Notes under the pieces: model-generated
What the model was told of the DNA's origin: nothing
Seen by the model: only the letters and a program-made list of their open reading frames with translations
The model's database searches: none
NCBI GenBank assembly: GCA_964463285.1
Contig: CAYXBB010000005.1
Location: 4,256 to 68,255, forward strand
Length of the DNA: 64,000 bases
Direction of reading: 5' to 3'
DNA from: an uncultured Syntrophomonadaceae bacterium
GTDB lineage: Bacteria > Bacillota > Dethiobacteria > DTU022
Part shown: one piece after another, positions 8,405 through 18,857 of the stretch
Position numbering within the stretch: position 1 is the stretch's first letter
Layout: the number at the start of each line of letters is the position of its first letter
Translations under genes and position numbers: made by a program

Positions 8405-8998
8405 ATGCCCCCCCGACCGCTTAAGAATCTTATTGAAGAGCTTTGCCGTTTTCCCGGAATTGGACCAAAAACAGCCCAGCGGATGGCTTTTTTTATTTTA
8501 TCCCGCCCCCGGCAAGAAGCGGTTTCCCTGGCCCGAGCATTGGTAGAAGCCAAGGATAAGCTCAAATTTTGCACGCGTTGCGGCAGCCTTACTGAAGATG
8601 ATCCTTGTACTTATTGTAGGGATGCCCGGCGGGATCATCACACTATCTGTGTGGTTCAGGAGCCCCGGGATGTGTTTGCAATGGATAGAACCGAGCAGTA
8701 TCGTGGTCTGTTCCATGTTCTCCACGGCGCTCTTTCTCCTCTGGATGGGATAGGACCGGAGGAGCTTAAGATACCGGATTTAGTTGAACGCATTTCCAGG
8801 GAGCAGGTTAAGGAACTAATTATCGCCACTAACCCAAACGTGGAAGGCGAGGCTACCGCGGCTTATATTGCCCGGCTGTGCAAGCCGCTGGAGGTCAAAG
8901 TGACCCGGATTGCGTTTGGACTGCCGGTAGGCGGTGATCTGGAGTATGCCGATGATCTTACATTAAGCCGGGCCCTGGAGGGCCGGCAAGAAATGTAA
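8405..8998 (+). CDS. recR: Recombination protein RecR
   Basis: HhH motif, C4 zinc finger CTRCGSLTEDDPCTYC, Toprim domain. Confidence 0.95.
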   Translation: MPPRPLKNLIEELCRFPGIGPKTAQRMAFFILSRPRQEAVSLARALVEAKDKLKFCTRCGSLTEDDPCTYCRDARRDHHTICVVQEPRDVFAMDRTEQYRGLFHVLHGALSPLDGIGPEELKIPDLVERISREQVKELIIATNPNVEGEATAAYIARLCKPLEVKVTRIAFGLPVGGDLEYADDLTLSRALEGRQEM

Positions 8999-9243
8999 GA
9001 GTTAACGGTATAGATTATCTTCATCATCCAGGAGGTGTTCCAAACATATCGCCCCGTTGACCGGTGACACCTCCTCCAACCGCTTCAAAGTACATTTTCC
9101 ACCTCGTTGATATTTGCATTTTTCCTGGCAAGGATAATCCTCTTGCATGTTATCACCCCTTGATTAGCCTGTCCGTTTGGTGATTAATTAATAATTTTAG
9201 TTAAACAGTGGGAAAAAATCTTCTTGAATATTTGCCACAGGGA

Positions 9244-9268
9244 AAGGGCCTCTTTACAGGGGCCCTTT
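9244..9268 (+). terminator. Stem-loop AGGGCC-N10-GGCCCT with T-rich tail between recR and yaaL (weak terminator/attenuator)
   Basis: aagggcctctttacaggggcccttt. Confidence 0.3.
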
Positions 9269-9345
9269 AAGTATAATGACTGCTTTTGGAGGGCACTAAT
9301 ATCTTTTACAACACTGGCATATTTATAATCGAAGGAGGGCCTATA

Positions 9346-9630
9346 GTGAACTGGCTTCGCAAGATAACGGTTTTTATTGTAAACCTATTTTTTCCCGAGG
9401 AAAGGCCTTTATTTCCAGAGCCATCGGAGAGTTATTACCGGTCGGTTAAACAGGCCTGGCAGGAATGGCAAGATGCCAGACAACGCTTTAACCAGGTATC
9501 CGATCCCGGCATGGTGGACTACGCTGTTTATTCATTGCAGGCTGCCGAACGTCGTTATATTTATCTGCTGCAAAAGGCTCGCCAGGAATCTTCCGCCCTA
9601 ACCTGCAAGAGCGCCCCCCGGGAAAAATAA
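9346..9630 (+). CDS. yaaL: DUF2508 protein YaaL
   Basis: Likely GTG start at 9346 (GGAGGG RBS); the ORF track extends upstream to 9286. YAVYSLQAAERRYIYLLQKAR motif. Conserved recR-yaaL-bofA order. Confidence 0.7.
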   Translation: MNWLRKITVFIVNLFFPEERPLFPEPSESYYRSVKQAWQEWQDARQRFNQVSDPGMVDYAVYSLQAAERRYIYLLQKARQESSALTCKSAPREK

Positions 9631-9648
9631 TAATAAGGAGGCAAACAT

Positions 9649-9921
9649 GTGGATGTCCCCGAATGGAATTTAATTGCCGCCATGGTCTTTGGGTTGTTCA
9701 TGCTATATGTACTATCACGGGTTCTTTACCAGCCGCTAAAGGCGGGGTTGAAGTTGGCGCTTCACCTTTTGCTGGGAGGAGGAATAATCGCCCTTTACAA
9801 TTTAATCGGTGTTTCCTGGAACTTGGAGGTGGGGTTAAATGCAATAAGTGCTTTTTTGGTAGGAATAATGGGGATCCCCGGCCTCCTGATGCTAATCGGT
9901 TTAAAATTTATTGTGGGTTAA
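9649..9921 (+). CDS. bofA: Pro-sigma-K processing inhibitor BofA (sporulation membrane protein)
   Basis: 90 aa, 2 TM. LVGIMGIPGLLMLIGLKFIVG matches the BofA C-terminus. Confidence 0.85.
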   Translation: MDVPEWNLIAAMVFGLFMLYVLSRVLYQPLKAGLKLALHLLLGGGIIALYNLIGVSWNLEVGLNAISAFLVGIMGIPGLLMLIGLKFIVG

Positions 9922-10017
9922 TTAATGATCAGCTAAAGTCTCCAGCTGCAGGGACCAATGCATGTTTTAGTCCTTTTAGGGGAAAAATCAAACCAGCATT
10001 GGGGTGGAGACTTTTTG

Positions 10018-11082
10018 ATGGTGGAGATTGAGATCGATCAAAGGGTATTTATAACCGGCAATGAGGTGGTGGCCAGGGCGGCGCTGGCTGCCGGGGCCGG
10101 TTATTTATTTGGATATCCGATTACTCCCCAGAATGAAATTATGCACCACTGGCGCTGCCTGGCTCCGGAAAAGGGGCGGGGATTTTTGCAGACCGAGGAC
10201 GAGCTGTCGGCGGGTTTTGCCGTTATAGGGGCGGTTCTGACCGGTAAAATTGCCTTTTCGGCCACCGCCGGTCCGGGGACCGTTTTGTTTCAGGAACCAT
10301 TGTCGATGGCCGAAGCGATGCGCCTGCCGATGGTGATTATCGTCCAGCAACGAGGGGGGCCTTCTACTGCTACGGTAATCTATTCCCAGCAAGAGGTAAC
10401 CCTAACCTGTTTCGGTGGAAACGGAGAGGGATTGAGAATTGTCTATTCCACCGGCAGCCACCAAGAACTGTATGATTACACCATCAAGGCATTTCAAAAT
10501 GCCTGGAGGTACCGCTTCCCGGTAATTGTACTCGGAGACGGCTACCAGGCCAAGATGCGCGAGGATCTGGTGCTTCATGATCCCTCACTGCAAGAAAACA
10601 ATCTAATTCCCAACAAACCTATAATCGGACAAGGGGAGGTAGTTCACCTGCAAAATGCTTTTAGCGTAGAAGAGGAGTTGGGAGAAAAGCTGAGGAGGGA
10701 TCTGGCGGATTACAAACGGATAGTTCCGGAGCTGGTAGAACATGAGTTCTGGGGTCAGCCCGGAGGAGAGCTTCTAGTGGTGGCCCATGGTATAGTTGGC
10801 CGGGCTGCTCGTCAGGCGGTTAAAGAACTACGGGCATCGGGCCGGGGAGTAAATTTATTTCGTCCGATAACCCTTCGCCCTTTTCCGGAAGAAGCCCTGG
10901 CCCGAGCTTGCCGGCACAGTGGGAACTCGGTGCTGGTAGCGGAATCGGCGGAAGGCCAGTTGGGGCGCATGACCAGACTGGCACTGGCCGATCAGCAGGT
11001 AGACCTACACACTTTCCGTTCTTTTTACCGGCCAGGGTTAGGAATTACCTCTGAGGAGATCCGGAAGGCGGTGATATCATGA
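10018..11082 (+). CDS. 2-oxoacid:ferredoxin oxidoreductase, alpha subunit (KorA/PorA/VorA-like)
   Basis: ITGNEVVARAALAAGAGYLFGYPITPQNEI N-terminus. ATG at 10018 with RBS; the ORF track's 9958 start is likely too long. Confidence 0.8.
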   Translation: MVEIEIDQRVFITGNEVVARAALAAGAGYLFGYPITPQNEIMHHWRCLAPEKGRGFLQTEDELSAGFAVIGAVLTGKIAFSATAGPGTVLFQEPLSMAEAMRLPMVIIVQQRGGPSTATVIYSQQEVTLTCFGGNGEGLRIVYSTGSHQELYDYTIKAFQNAWRYRFPVIVLGDGYQAKMREDLVLHDPSLQENNLIPNKPIIGQGEVVHLQNAFSVEEELGEKLRRDLADYKRIVPELVEHEFWGQPGGELLVVAHGIVGRAARQAVKELRASGRGVNLFRPITLRPFPEEALARACRHSGNSVLVAESAEGQLGRMTRLALADQQVDLHTFRSFYRPGLGITSEEIRKAVIS

Positions 11083-11840
11083 GCGAGATTTCCATGCCCC
11101 GTTGTTATAATACCGATAGCAAACCCCACCGGTTTTGCCCCGGTTGCGGCCATGGCTTGGTTTTAAAGGCTTTGGGGATGGCCATAGATGAGCTGAATAT
11201 TTCCTCCCGGACGGTATTTGCCTGTGATATCGGTTGTTCCCTTTTGGCCTGGAATTTTTTTAATATGGATTCCCTGCAAACTCACCACGGGCGAACTGTT
11301 CCAGTAATGGTGGGGTTAAAACGGGCCGCCCCGGAGCTGGTAGCAGTGGTCTACATGGGAGACGGGGGAGGGTATGCCATCGGACTGCAGCACCTGGTGA
11401 GCGCAGCACTGCGCAACGACTCGATCACCGTGATCCTGGTGAATAACACCACCTATGCCATGACCGGAGGGCAGATGGCCCCCACCACCCTGGCCGGGCA
11501 GAAGACCGAAACTACCCCCGAAGGGCGGGATACCGGGGAAACCGGAAGACCGTTTAGGGGTCCGGAGGCATTGATGGCGATTGCCTCGCCGGACAGCTAT
11601 CTGACCCGGGGGACAGTGGCCAATATTCCCCGCCTGAAAAAAATGATTCGCAAAGGGTTGGAGACACAACTTAAAGGAAATTTTGCATTTATAGAAGCCC
11701 TTTCCACCTGCCCCACCAACTGGAGGACCAATGCCGCCGGCACCTGGGGTTTCCTGGAACACCAAATGAGTGAATATTACCGGGTGGGTGAAATGGTAGT
11801 AAAAAAGGAGCAGGCAGAGTTATGTGGCACTGGAAGATAG
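11079..11840 (+). CDS. 2-oxoacid:ferredoxin oxidoreductase, beta subunit (TPP-binding)
   Basis: CPGCGHG and GDGG TPP motifs. 4-nt overlap with alpha. Confidence 0.85.
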   Translation: MSEISMPRCYNTDSKPHRFCPGCGHGLVLKALGMAIDELNISSRTVFACDIGCSLLAWNFFNMDSLQTHHGRTVPVMVGLKRAAPELVAVVYMGDGGGYAIGLQHLVSAALRNDSITVILVNNTTYAMTGGQMAPTTLAGQKTETTPEGRDTGETGRPFRGPEALMAIASPDSYLTRGTVANIPRLKKMIRKGLETQLKGNFAFIEALSTCPTNWRTNAAGTWGFLEHQMSEYYRVGEMVVKKEQAELCGTGR

Positions 11841-12514
11841 TGGCTGCCGGGGAGGGGGGGCAGGGGGTGCAGTCGATGGCCGAATCTCTGGCACTGGCTG
11901 CGCACCGGGGAGGCTGGAGGGCCTTATACATGCCCAATTTCGGCATAGAGCAGCGGGGGGGAATTTCCCTGGCTTTTGTGCAGTTATCCCGGGAAGAAAT
12001 CGGATCGCCTAAGTTCCTTACCGCCAACCTGGTAATAGTGTTAAGCCGCCGCTCCTTCGAGCGCTGTCGCCAGTACATGGATTCAAGAACAGTTATTCTA
12101 TATGACAGTTCGCTTATCCAACCTCCCGAGGTGGCGGATCAGGTGGTGGGACTGCAGTCATACGAAACTTCGACGCCGGAGGCCTTCCCTCTGGATACGG
12201 GTATTAAACCGGAAAGGGAAAGCCCGAAAGTTGCACCTGCCAAACAACTAGTGGCTATTCCTGCTGCGGAGTTGGCCCGCCGAAAGTTGCATCCCCGGGC
12301 ATTTAATATGATCATCCTGGGAGCTGCTGCAGCTTTGCTGGATGCGGTTAGCCTGAACGGGCTTAGGGAGGCACTGGAAGAAAAACTATCTCGTTATTTT
12401 AAACGGGATCCCAAACTCAGGGAGCAAAATTTCCAGGGGCTGGAGCTAGGATTTGAACTGGCTTTTCGCGAGAAGACCCTTCGTCCCCGGTTACAGGAGG
12501 TCTTGGACCATTAA
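11822..12514 (+). CDS. 2-oxoacid:ferredoxin oxidoreductase, gamma subunit
   Basis: IVAAGEGGQGVQSMAESLALAA matches the POR/KOR gamma domain. Confidence 0.8.
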   Translation: MWHWKIVAAGEGGQGVQSMAESLALAAHRGGWRALYMPNFGIEQRGGISLAFVQLSREEIGSPKFLTANLVIVLSRRSFERCRQYMDSRTVILYDSSLIQPPEVADQVVGLQSYETSTPEAFPLDTGIKPERESPKVAPAKQLVAIPAAELARRKLHPRAFNMIILGAAAALLDAVSLNGLREALEEKLSRYFKRDPKLREQNFQGLELGFELAFREKTLRPRLQEVLDH

Positions 12515-12773
12515 AACTTTTGCTCGTCTAGAAACTCAGGGAAAAAAAGCCCGCGTTGCCGTATCTCCGGACCTATGTAAGGGTTGTGGCTTGTGTGTGG
12601 AAAAATGCCCTTCCCAGGTGCTGGATTGGTCGGACATACTGGGGGTATATGGAACCGTAATTGTAGAGCCGAAGCGTATTGAGCGCTGCACGGGTTGCCG
12701 GCTGTGTCAGCTGTTTTGTCCGGACAACGCGATCGACGTTATCCGGGAAAGAAAAGACGATGAGCCGGATTGA
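12453..12773 (+). CDS. 2-oxoacid:ferredoxin oxidoreductase, delta subunit (2x[4Fe-4S] ferredoxin)
   Basis: CKGCGLCVEKCP and CTGCRLCQLFCP cluster motifs. Start uncertain; it may lie after the gamma stop. Confidence 0.7.
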   Translation: MNWLFARRPFVPGYRRSWTIKTFARLETQGKKARVAVSPDLCKGCGLCVEKCPSQVLDWSDILGVYGTVIVEPKRIERCTGCRLCQLFCPDNAIDVIRERKDDEPD

Positions 12774-12811
12774 GAAAAAGAAGTCCCTAAATCCTATCTC
12801 CACTTCGAAGG

Positions 12812-13438
12812 CTACGGGGAGGCAAGACAAGATTTCATGGCACCTATTACCATACCGGGCAGGTGAGCATAATCCTCGGTAGGCAAGTAGGAAGAAGCGC
12901 TGCTGTCAAATAAGATATTGGCGGAAGGTGGGAACTCCTCGTCTCCCGCCCAGAGGGTAAAAGAAATGGGAACCCGGGGCAACACCGGTATAACCAGGTT
13001 AGTCCCGGTTAAAGGCCCCGGATGGCCGCCCAGGGCCCGGGCGGAAGAGCAAAATAAGCGGGGATGGCAGCCGAATATCTTAATAAAAGGGTCTATGGCC
13101 CGTTTCCGGAAAGGCACCATGTATATATCACCTCCCGGCAGTTGCCGAAAAGAGATCCATTCACCTGAAAGCTCCTTCCCATCGGCGGTAACCAGATAAT
13201 GTAATATAATAATAGAGGGGTAAACCGGGGCCTTTGCTCCGTGAGCCAGGTAAATTTCTCCTTCGGGGAAAGTGATTCGATATTCCCTGTCCAAGAAATT
13301 CAATTTAAAGATTTGCTGATCGCGATCAAAAGGAATTTGGCTGCATTTTGCCACCTTTTCCGGTTCACGGGTAGCCAGCAGCCCTGCAGCCTGCCGGCGG
13401 GTGTTTTCCAAATTCAAGTAGGAAGAACCTGAAGCCAT
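12812..13438 (-). CDS. Hypothetical protein (possibly DUF3786 family)
   Basis: 208-aa ORF with an upstream divergent promoter region. Family assignment from memory only. Confidence 0.4.
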   Translation of the reverse strand: MASGSSYLNLENTRRQAAGLLATREPEKVAKCSQIPFDRDQQIFKLNFLDREYRITFPEGEIYLAHGAKAPVYPSIIILHYLVTADGKELSGEWISFRQLPGGDIYMVPFRKRAIDPFIKIFGCHPRLFCSSARALGGHPGPLTGTNLVIPVLPRVPISFTLWAGDEEFPPSANILFDSSASSYLPTEDYAHLPGMVIGAMKSCLASP

Positions 13439-13563
13439 TGTTTTTCAACCCCTTTATCTATTTATATTTTGAATACAATATTACAGAGGTTTAATGTGGG
13501 ATGCAATTTATGTGCCGCCTTAAATAATTTTATTATATTATAACATGCCTGCCGGTTTATAAT

Positions 13564-13589
13564 AGGGGGCGGCTTCCATGCCGCCCCCT
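13564..13589. repeat. Perfect 10-bp GC-rich palindrome AGGGGGCGGC-ttccat-GCCGCCCCCT in the divergent promoter region (candidate operator)
   Basis: Seen directly. Lies between divergently transcribed 12812..13438(-) and 13683..14174(+). Confidence 0.5.
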
Positions 13590-13682
13590 ATAGATCCAAC
13601 CTTGATTTATAGAGACGGGCCCTGCACCTGCCCATGCAGGAAGATGAGGAAGTAAAAGCGAATGTAAAAAAATAGTTGGGAA

Positions 13683-14174
13683 GTGATCGCGGTTAGCTGC
13701 TATCTGGTAAGCGCCTGTTTGTTGGGGATAAATTGCCGTTTTGATGGAGGGAATAACTTGCATCCCGACATTGTTAACTTAACCGGGGGGCATGTTCTGA
13801 TCCCGGTATGCCCGGAACAGTTGGGGGGGCTTCCCACTCCCCGGGCCCCGGCCGAGATTCAAGGGGGCGATGGTTACCTGGTACTGGCGGGGAAGGCAAG
13901 GGTGATAAATGCTGCCGGGGCGGATGTCACCGCTCATTTTCTACGGGGAGCCGGGCAAATCGGGAAACTGGCCAAAATTTATCGGGCCAAAGGCGCCATC
14001 TTAAAAGAAAGAAGTCCCTCTTGCGGGACAAGCGAAATTTATAACGGGAGTTTCCAACATGAATTGATGGGAGGTTGCGGAGTTACGACGGCCTTCCTTA
14101 TAAGCCGTGGCCTAACGGTAATCAGTGAGCAAAACGATATCGGCAACTATCTTTGTCGGGGTCGCCGATGCTAG
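13683..14174 (+). CDS. DUF523 family protein (YbbK/TudS-like thiouracil desulfurase family, Cys-rich)
   Basis: SACLLGINCRFDGG N-terminal motif diagnostic of DUF523. Conserved Cys near CGTSEIYNG. Confidence 0.7.
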   Translation: MIAVSCYLVSACLLGINCRFDGGNNLHPDIVNLTGGHVLIPVCPEQLGGLPTPRAPAEIQGGDGYLVLAGKARVINAAGADVTAHFLRGAGQIGKLAKIYRAKGAILKERSPSCGTSEIYNGSFQHELMGGCGVTTAFLISRGLTVISEQNDIGNYLCRGRRC

Positions 14175-14190
14175 TGTAAGGCCGCAGGCC

Positions 14191-14214
14191 AAACCCGGGT
14201 AAATCCCCGGGTTT
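14191..14214 (+). terminator. Stem-loop AAACCCGGG-taaatc-CCCGGGTTT
   Basis: Perfect 9-bp stem immediately after DUF523. No long U tract. Confidence 0.45.
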
Positions 14215-14247
14215 CCCTCAATACTACTGTTTCTAGGTTCGGTTTAG

Positions 14248-15776
<1,529 letters not shown>

Positions 15777-15798
15777 GCCGGGAAACAAAGAAAGCGTT

Positions 15799-15828
15799 CC
15801 GTAGGAAGTGTTGTCCCTACGGTTTTTT
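15799..15828 (+). terminator. Intrinsic terminator CCGTAGG-N9-CCTACGG-TTTTTT
   Basis: Directly after the guaB stop. Confidence 0.7.
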
Positions 15829-15894
15829 GTACCATGAGTAGGGCCGGCTCAGGACAGAGGGAACCAAGGATAACAGAAAGGCGCATTTATTTAG

Positions 15895-16512
15895 ATGATT
15901 ATCTCTTTTGAGGGGATTGATGGTTCGGGAAAGACTACCCAGGCCGGACTGTTAGCGGAAACACTGGCAGATTTAAAACTGTGTCCTTTGCTGATAAGAG
16001 AGCCGGGGGGAACGACGACTGGGGAAGAGATCCGGGGAATTTTGTTGAATCGGCGCCTAACTATCTCCATGGAAACGGAAATCTTGCTTTATACCGCCGC
16101 CCGGACGGAGCTGTACAAGCAGATAATCCACCCGGCAATTAAAGCGGGGCGGCTAGTAATTTGTGATCGCTATGTTGATTCCAGCCTGGCCTATCAGGGT
16201 TATGGCCTGGGAGGAGATCTTAATTGGATTCGGGATCTAAACCACCGGGTGACCGGAGGCCTTTGGCCGGAAATGACCTTTTTGTTGGATTTGCCGGCAG
16301 AGAAAGCAATCTCCAGACGCTCCGACTCCGCGGATCGGATAGAACAAAGGAAAATTGGCTATCATCAAAGGGTGCGTTGGGGATACCTGGATTTAGCCTC
16401 TCATGAGCCGGAGCGGTTTATAATCCTTAATGGATTGTGGCCGGTAGAAAAGCTTCAGCAGGCAATTTGGAAGCAGTTCCGACAGCACTACCCGGCCCTG
16501 GTGAATAGATAA
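15895..16512 (+). CDS. tmk: Thymidylate kinase
   Basis: FEGIDGSGKTTQ P-loop. Confidence 0.95.
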   Translation: MIISFEGIDGSGKTTQAGLLAETLADLKLCPLLIREPGGTTTGEEIRGILLNRRLTISMETEILLYTAARTELYKQIIHPAIKAGRLVICDRYVDSSLAYQGYGLGGDLNWIRDLNHRVTGGLWPEMTFLLDLPAEKAISRRSDSADRIEQRKIGYHQRVRWGYLDLASHEPERFIILNGLWPVEKLQQAIWKQFRQHYPALVNR

Positions 16513-17495
16513 TGGCCTTCAGGGACCTGGTGGGGCAACAGGAGCTGCGGAAGGCACTGTTAAACGAGCTGGAGGCGGGGACATTGAGCCAGGTTACTTT
16601 GCTCACCGGCCCGGTCGACAGCGGTAAACAGAGGTGGGGAACTGCTTTGGCCCGGGCAATTCTTTGCCCGGCAGGCACCAACCGCCCTTGTGGAGCCTGC
16701 CTGTCCTGCCGACAGTTCGATACCGGCAACAACCCTCATTTTTTCTTGTTAAAACCTGCCGGACGCTGGTTGAAGATAGACCAAATTCGTGATATAAGGC
16801 CTAAATTTTATTTGATCAGCCCGGAGGGTGAACGCCGGGTGTTGCTGATCCGGGAAGCCGACCGGATGACCCCTGAAGCGGGCTCTTCGCTTTTAAAATT
16901 ACTGGAAGAGCCTCCAGAAAAATTATTTATTATTTTAACCAGCTCTCGCCCGGAAAATCTATTAAGCACGATTGTTTCTCGCTGCCGGCGTTATGCTTTA
17001 AAGCTATTAACTCTAGACGAAATTGATTCGATGTTAAGGGGCCTCCCGGAATTTTCGGAAATAAATGCAGATCTAATCTCTCGCTTGAGTCACGGTCTTC
17101 CAGGCCGGGCCCTGGCCCTGGCCCGAGATTCTGCGTTAGAAGAGCGGGTTAAGCAGGCGATCGAACTGGCCCTGAAATTGGCCTCCCCATCGACAGCGGA
17201 GCGTGATCTTTTTCGTCTGGCGCAGGTGTTGGCAGGGAGGAAAGATCTGCTACCCTTATTGGAGCTAATATTTATGTATTATCGAGATCTTTTAATCTGG
17301 TTGTTATCCGGCAGATCAGATTTATTGGTTTTTCCGGGTTGTCCTGATCCGCTTCGGATTTCAGCTGGTGTTCTGGAACAGTGCCTGGAGATCATAAACC
17401 GGGCCATAAGATCGATTGCTTTTACCAACGCCCATCAGCAGCTTGCTCTGGAGGCGATGATTATTTCATTACGGAGGAGGCTTACCGGTGCCTAA
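16512..17495 (+). CDS. holB: DNA polymerase III delta' subunit
   Basis: AAA+ like. Follows tmk as in Bacillus. Confidence 0.85.
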   Translation: MAFRDLVGQQELRKALLNELEAGTLSQVTLLTGPVDSGKQRWGTALARAILCPAGTNRPCGACLSCRQFDTGNNPHFFLLKPAGRWLKIDQIRDIRPKFYLISPEGERRVLLIREADRMTPEAGSSLLKLLEEPPEKLFIILTSSRPENLLSTIVSRCRRYALKLLTLDEIDSMLRGLPEFSEINADLISRLSHGLPGRALALARDSALEERVKQAIELALKLASPSTAERDLFRLAQVLAGRKDLLPLLELIFMYYRDLLIWLLSGRSDLLVFPGCPDPLRISAGVLEQCLEIINRAIRSIAFTNAHQQLALEAMIISLRRRLTGA

Positions 17496-18291
17496 GGTAA
17501 CTGGAATACGTTTCCGGCGAGCCGGAAAAATATATTATTTTGATCCCGGCACCCTGGATATTAAAGAAAGCGAACGGGTAATTGTAGAAACCTCCCGGGG
17601 GATTGAGCTGGGTGAAGTGGCTATTGCGGGAAGGGAGATAGATGAATCGGAGCTGATCTTGCCGTTAAAAAAAGTTGTGCGGAAGGCTACAGAAGAAGAT
17701 CGGGCCAAAGCCTGTGAAAACCGCAACCTGGAGGCGGAAAGCATGCAAAAATGCCAACAGCAGATTGAGCGCCACCAGTTGGAGATGAAGCTAATCAGTG
17801 CGGAGTACACTTTTGATCGCAGTAAAATCCTGTTTTATTTTACTTCCGAAGGGAGGGTTGATTTCAGGGAACTTGTAAAAGACCTGGCTTCTATTTTTCG
17901 CACCAGGATAGAACTGAGGCAGATTGGGGTTAGGGATGAAGCCAAACTATTAGGCGGGATCGGTCCCTGTGGCCGATCTGTTTGTTGTGTCTCATTTATG
18001 GACGAATTTGAGCCGGTATCCATCCGCATGGCCAAGGATCAAAATCTCTCTTTAAATCCCAGCAAAATTTCCGGAGTCTGCGGCCGGTTAATGTGCTGCC
18101 TGCGATTTGAAATGGAGGCTTATGAAGATAACCGGCAAGATATACCCCGGCCCGGAGACAAAGTACTAACCCCGGAAGGGGAGGGAAAGGTAGAGGGGAT
18201 TCACGCCGCCGGAAAAATTGTCAGGGTGAGGTTGTCGGAAAGCGGGCACAATCGGGAATTCCCCAAGGAAGAGGTTGATCGGTTAGAATAA
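17488..18291 (+). CDS. ricT: PSP1-domain stage 0 sporulation protein YaaT/RicT
   Basis: PSP1 C-terminal domain with Cys cluster GPCGRSVCCVSF...CGRLMCC. Confidence 0.85.
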   Translation: MPKVTGIRFRRAGKIYYFDPGTLDIKESERVIVETSRGIELGEVAIAGREIDESELILPLKKVVRKATEEDRAKACENRNLEAESMQKCQQQIERHQLEMKLISAEYTFDRSKILFYFTSEGRVDFRELVKDLASIFRTRIELRQIGVRDEAKLLGGIGPCGRSVCCVSFMDEFEPVSIRMAKDQNLSLNPSKISGVCGRLMCCLRFEMEAYEDNRQDIPRPGDKVLTPEGEGKVEGIHAAGKIVRVRLSESGHNREFPKEEVDRLE

Positions 18292-18319
18292 ACGCTGCAG
18301 ATAGGTTTCAGCAGCGTTT
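18290..18319. terminator. Bidirectional terminator AAACGCTGC-N12-GCAGCGTTT between convergent ricT and abrB
   Basis: Perfect 9-bp stem flanked by A and T runs. Confidence 0.65.
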
Positions 18320-18400
18320 ACTTCGGCAATCTTATCAAAATAGTATAATAAGTCTGGTATTAACAGCCAAATCTTCAACTAGGTTGCTGCGCGGGCAGAA

Positions 18401-18658
18401 TTAACTTTGATCCCGATTTAATGAGCCTATCTTGGCAACGCAATCCTGACATATTGCCCGGTTGTGAAAACGTTTAATGTTACTGGCATTTCCGCAGAAT
18501 ATGCAGGCCGGTTCGTATTTTTTGAGTACTATTTGCTCCTCATCCACATAAATTTCCAAAGCATCCTTTACATCAATTCCCAGGGTTCTCCGAAGTTCAA
18601 TGGGGATAACTACTCTTCCCAGCTCATCTACTCTTCGGACGATTCCGGTAGATTTCAA
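18401..18658 (-). CDS. abrB: Transition-state regulator AbrB
   Basis: MKSTGIVRRVDELGRVVIPIELRRTLGI is the SpoVT/AbrB swapped-hairpin N-domain. 85 aa. Confidence 0.9.
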   Translation of the reverse strand: MKSTGIVRRVDELGRVVIPIELRRTLGIDVKDALEIYVDEEQIVLKKYEPACIFCGNASNIKRFHNRAICQDCVAKIGSLNRDQS

Positions 18659-18681
18659 TGCGGTTCCTCCTTATTACATTT

Positions 18682-18688
18682 TTCGACA
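18682..18688 (-). promoter_or_regulatory. Spo0A box (TGTCGAA on the abrB strand) in the abrB leader, between the putative -10 and the RBS
   Basis: Minus-strand reading: tataattataccaggatTTGTCGAAaaatgtaataaggaggaaccgcaATG. Confidence 0.45.
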
Positions 18689-18857
18689 AATCCTGGTATA
18701 ATTATACTAAAGTTTGTCATAAAAGCAATACAAAAACCGGAAATAATAACTGCAGTGCGGTTAACAGAAGAAGAACATTGCTTTTCTTGAAGCCGGGGTC
18801 GGGGTTTGATATAATAATTTCATATTTTGGCCTGCCCGGGGTTAAGGAGGAACACCC

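Noticed and set aside
9663-10031. 122-aa ORF overlapping bofA in another frame
   Set aside because: bofA in the alternate frame has a clear homolog signature, and the overlapping frame is Gly/Arg-rich with no start context.
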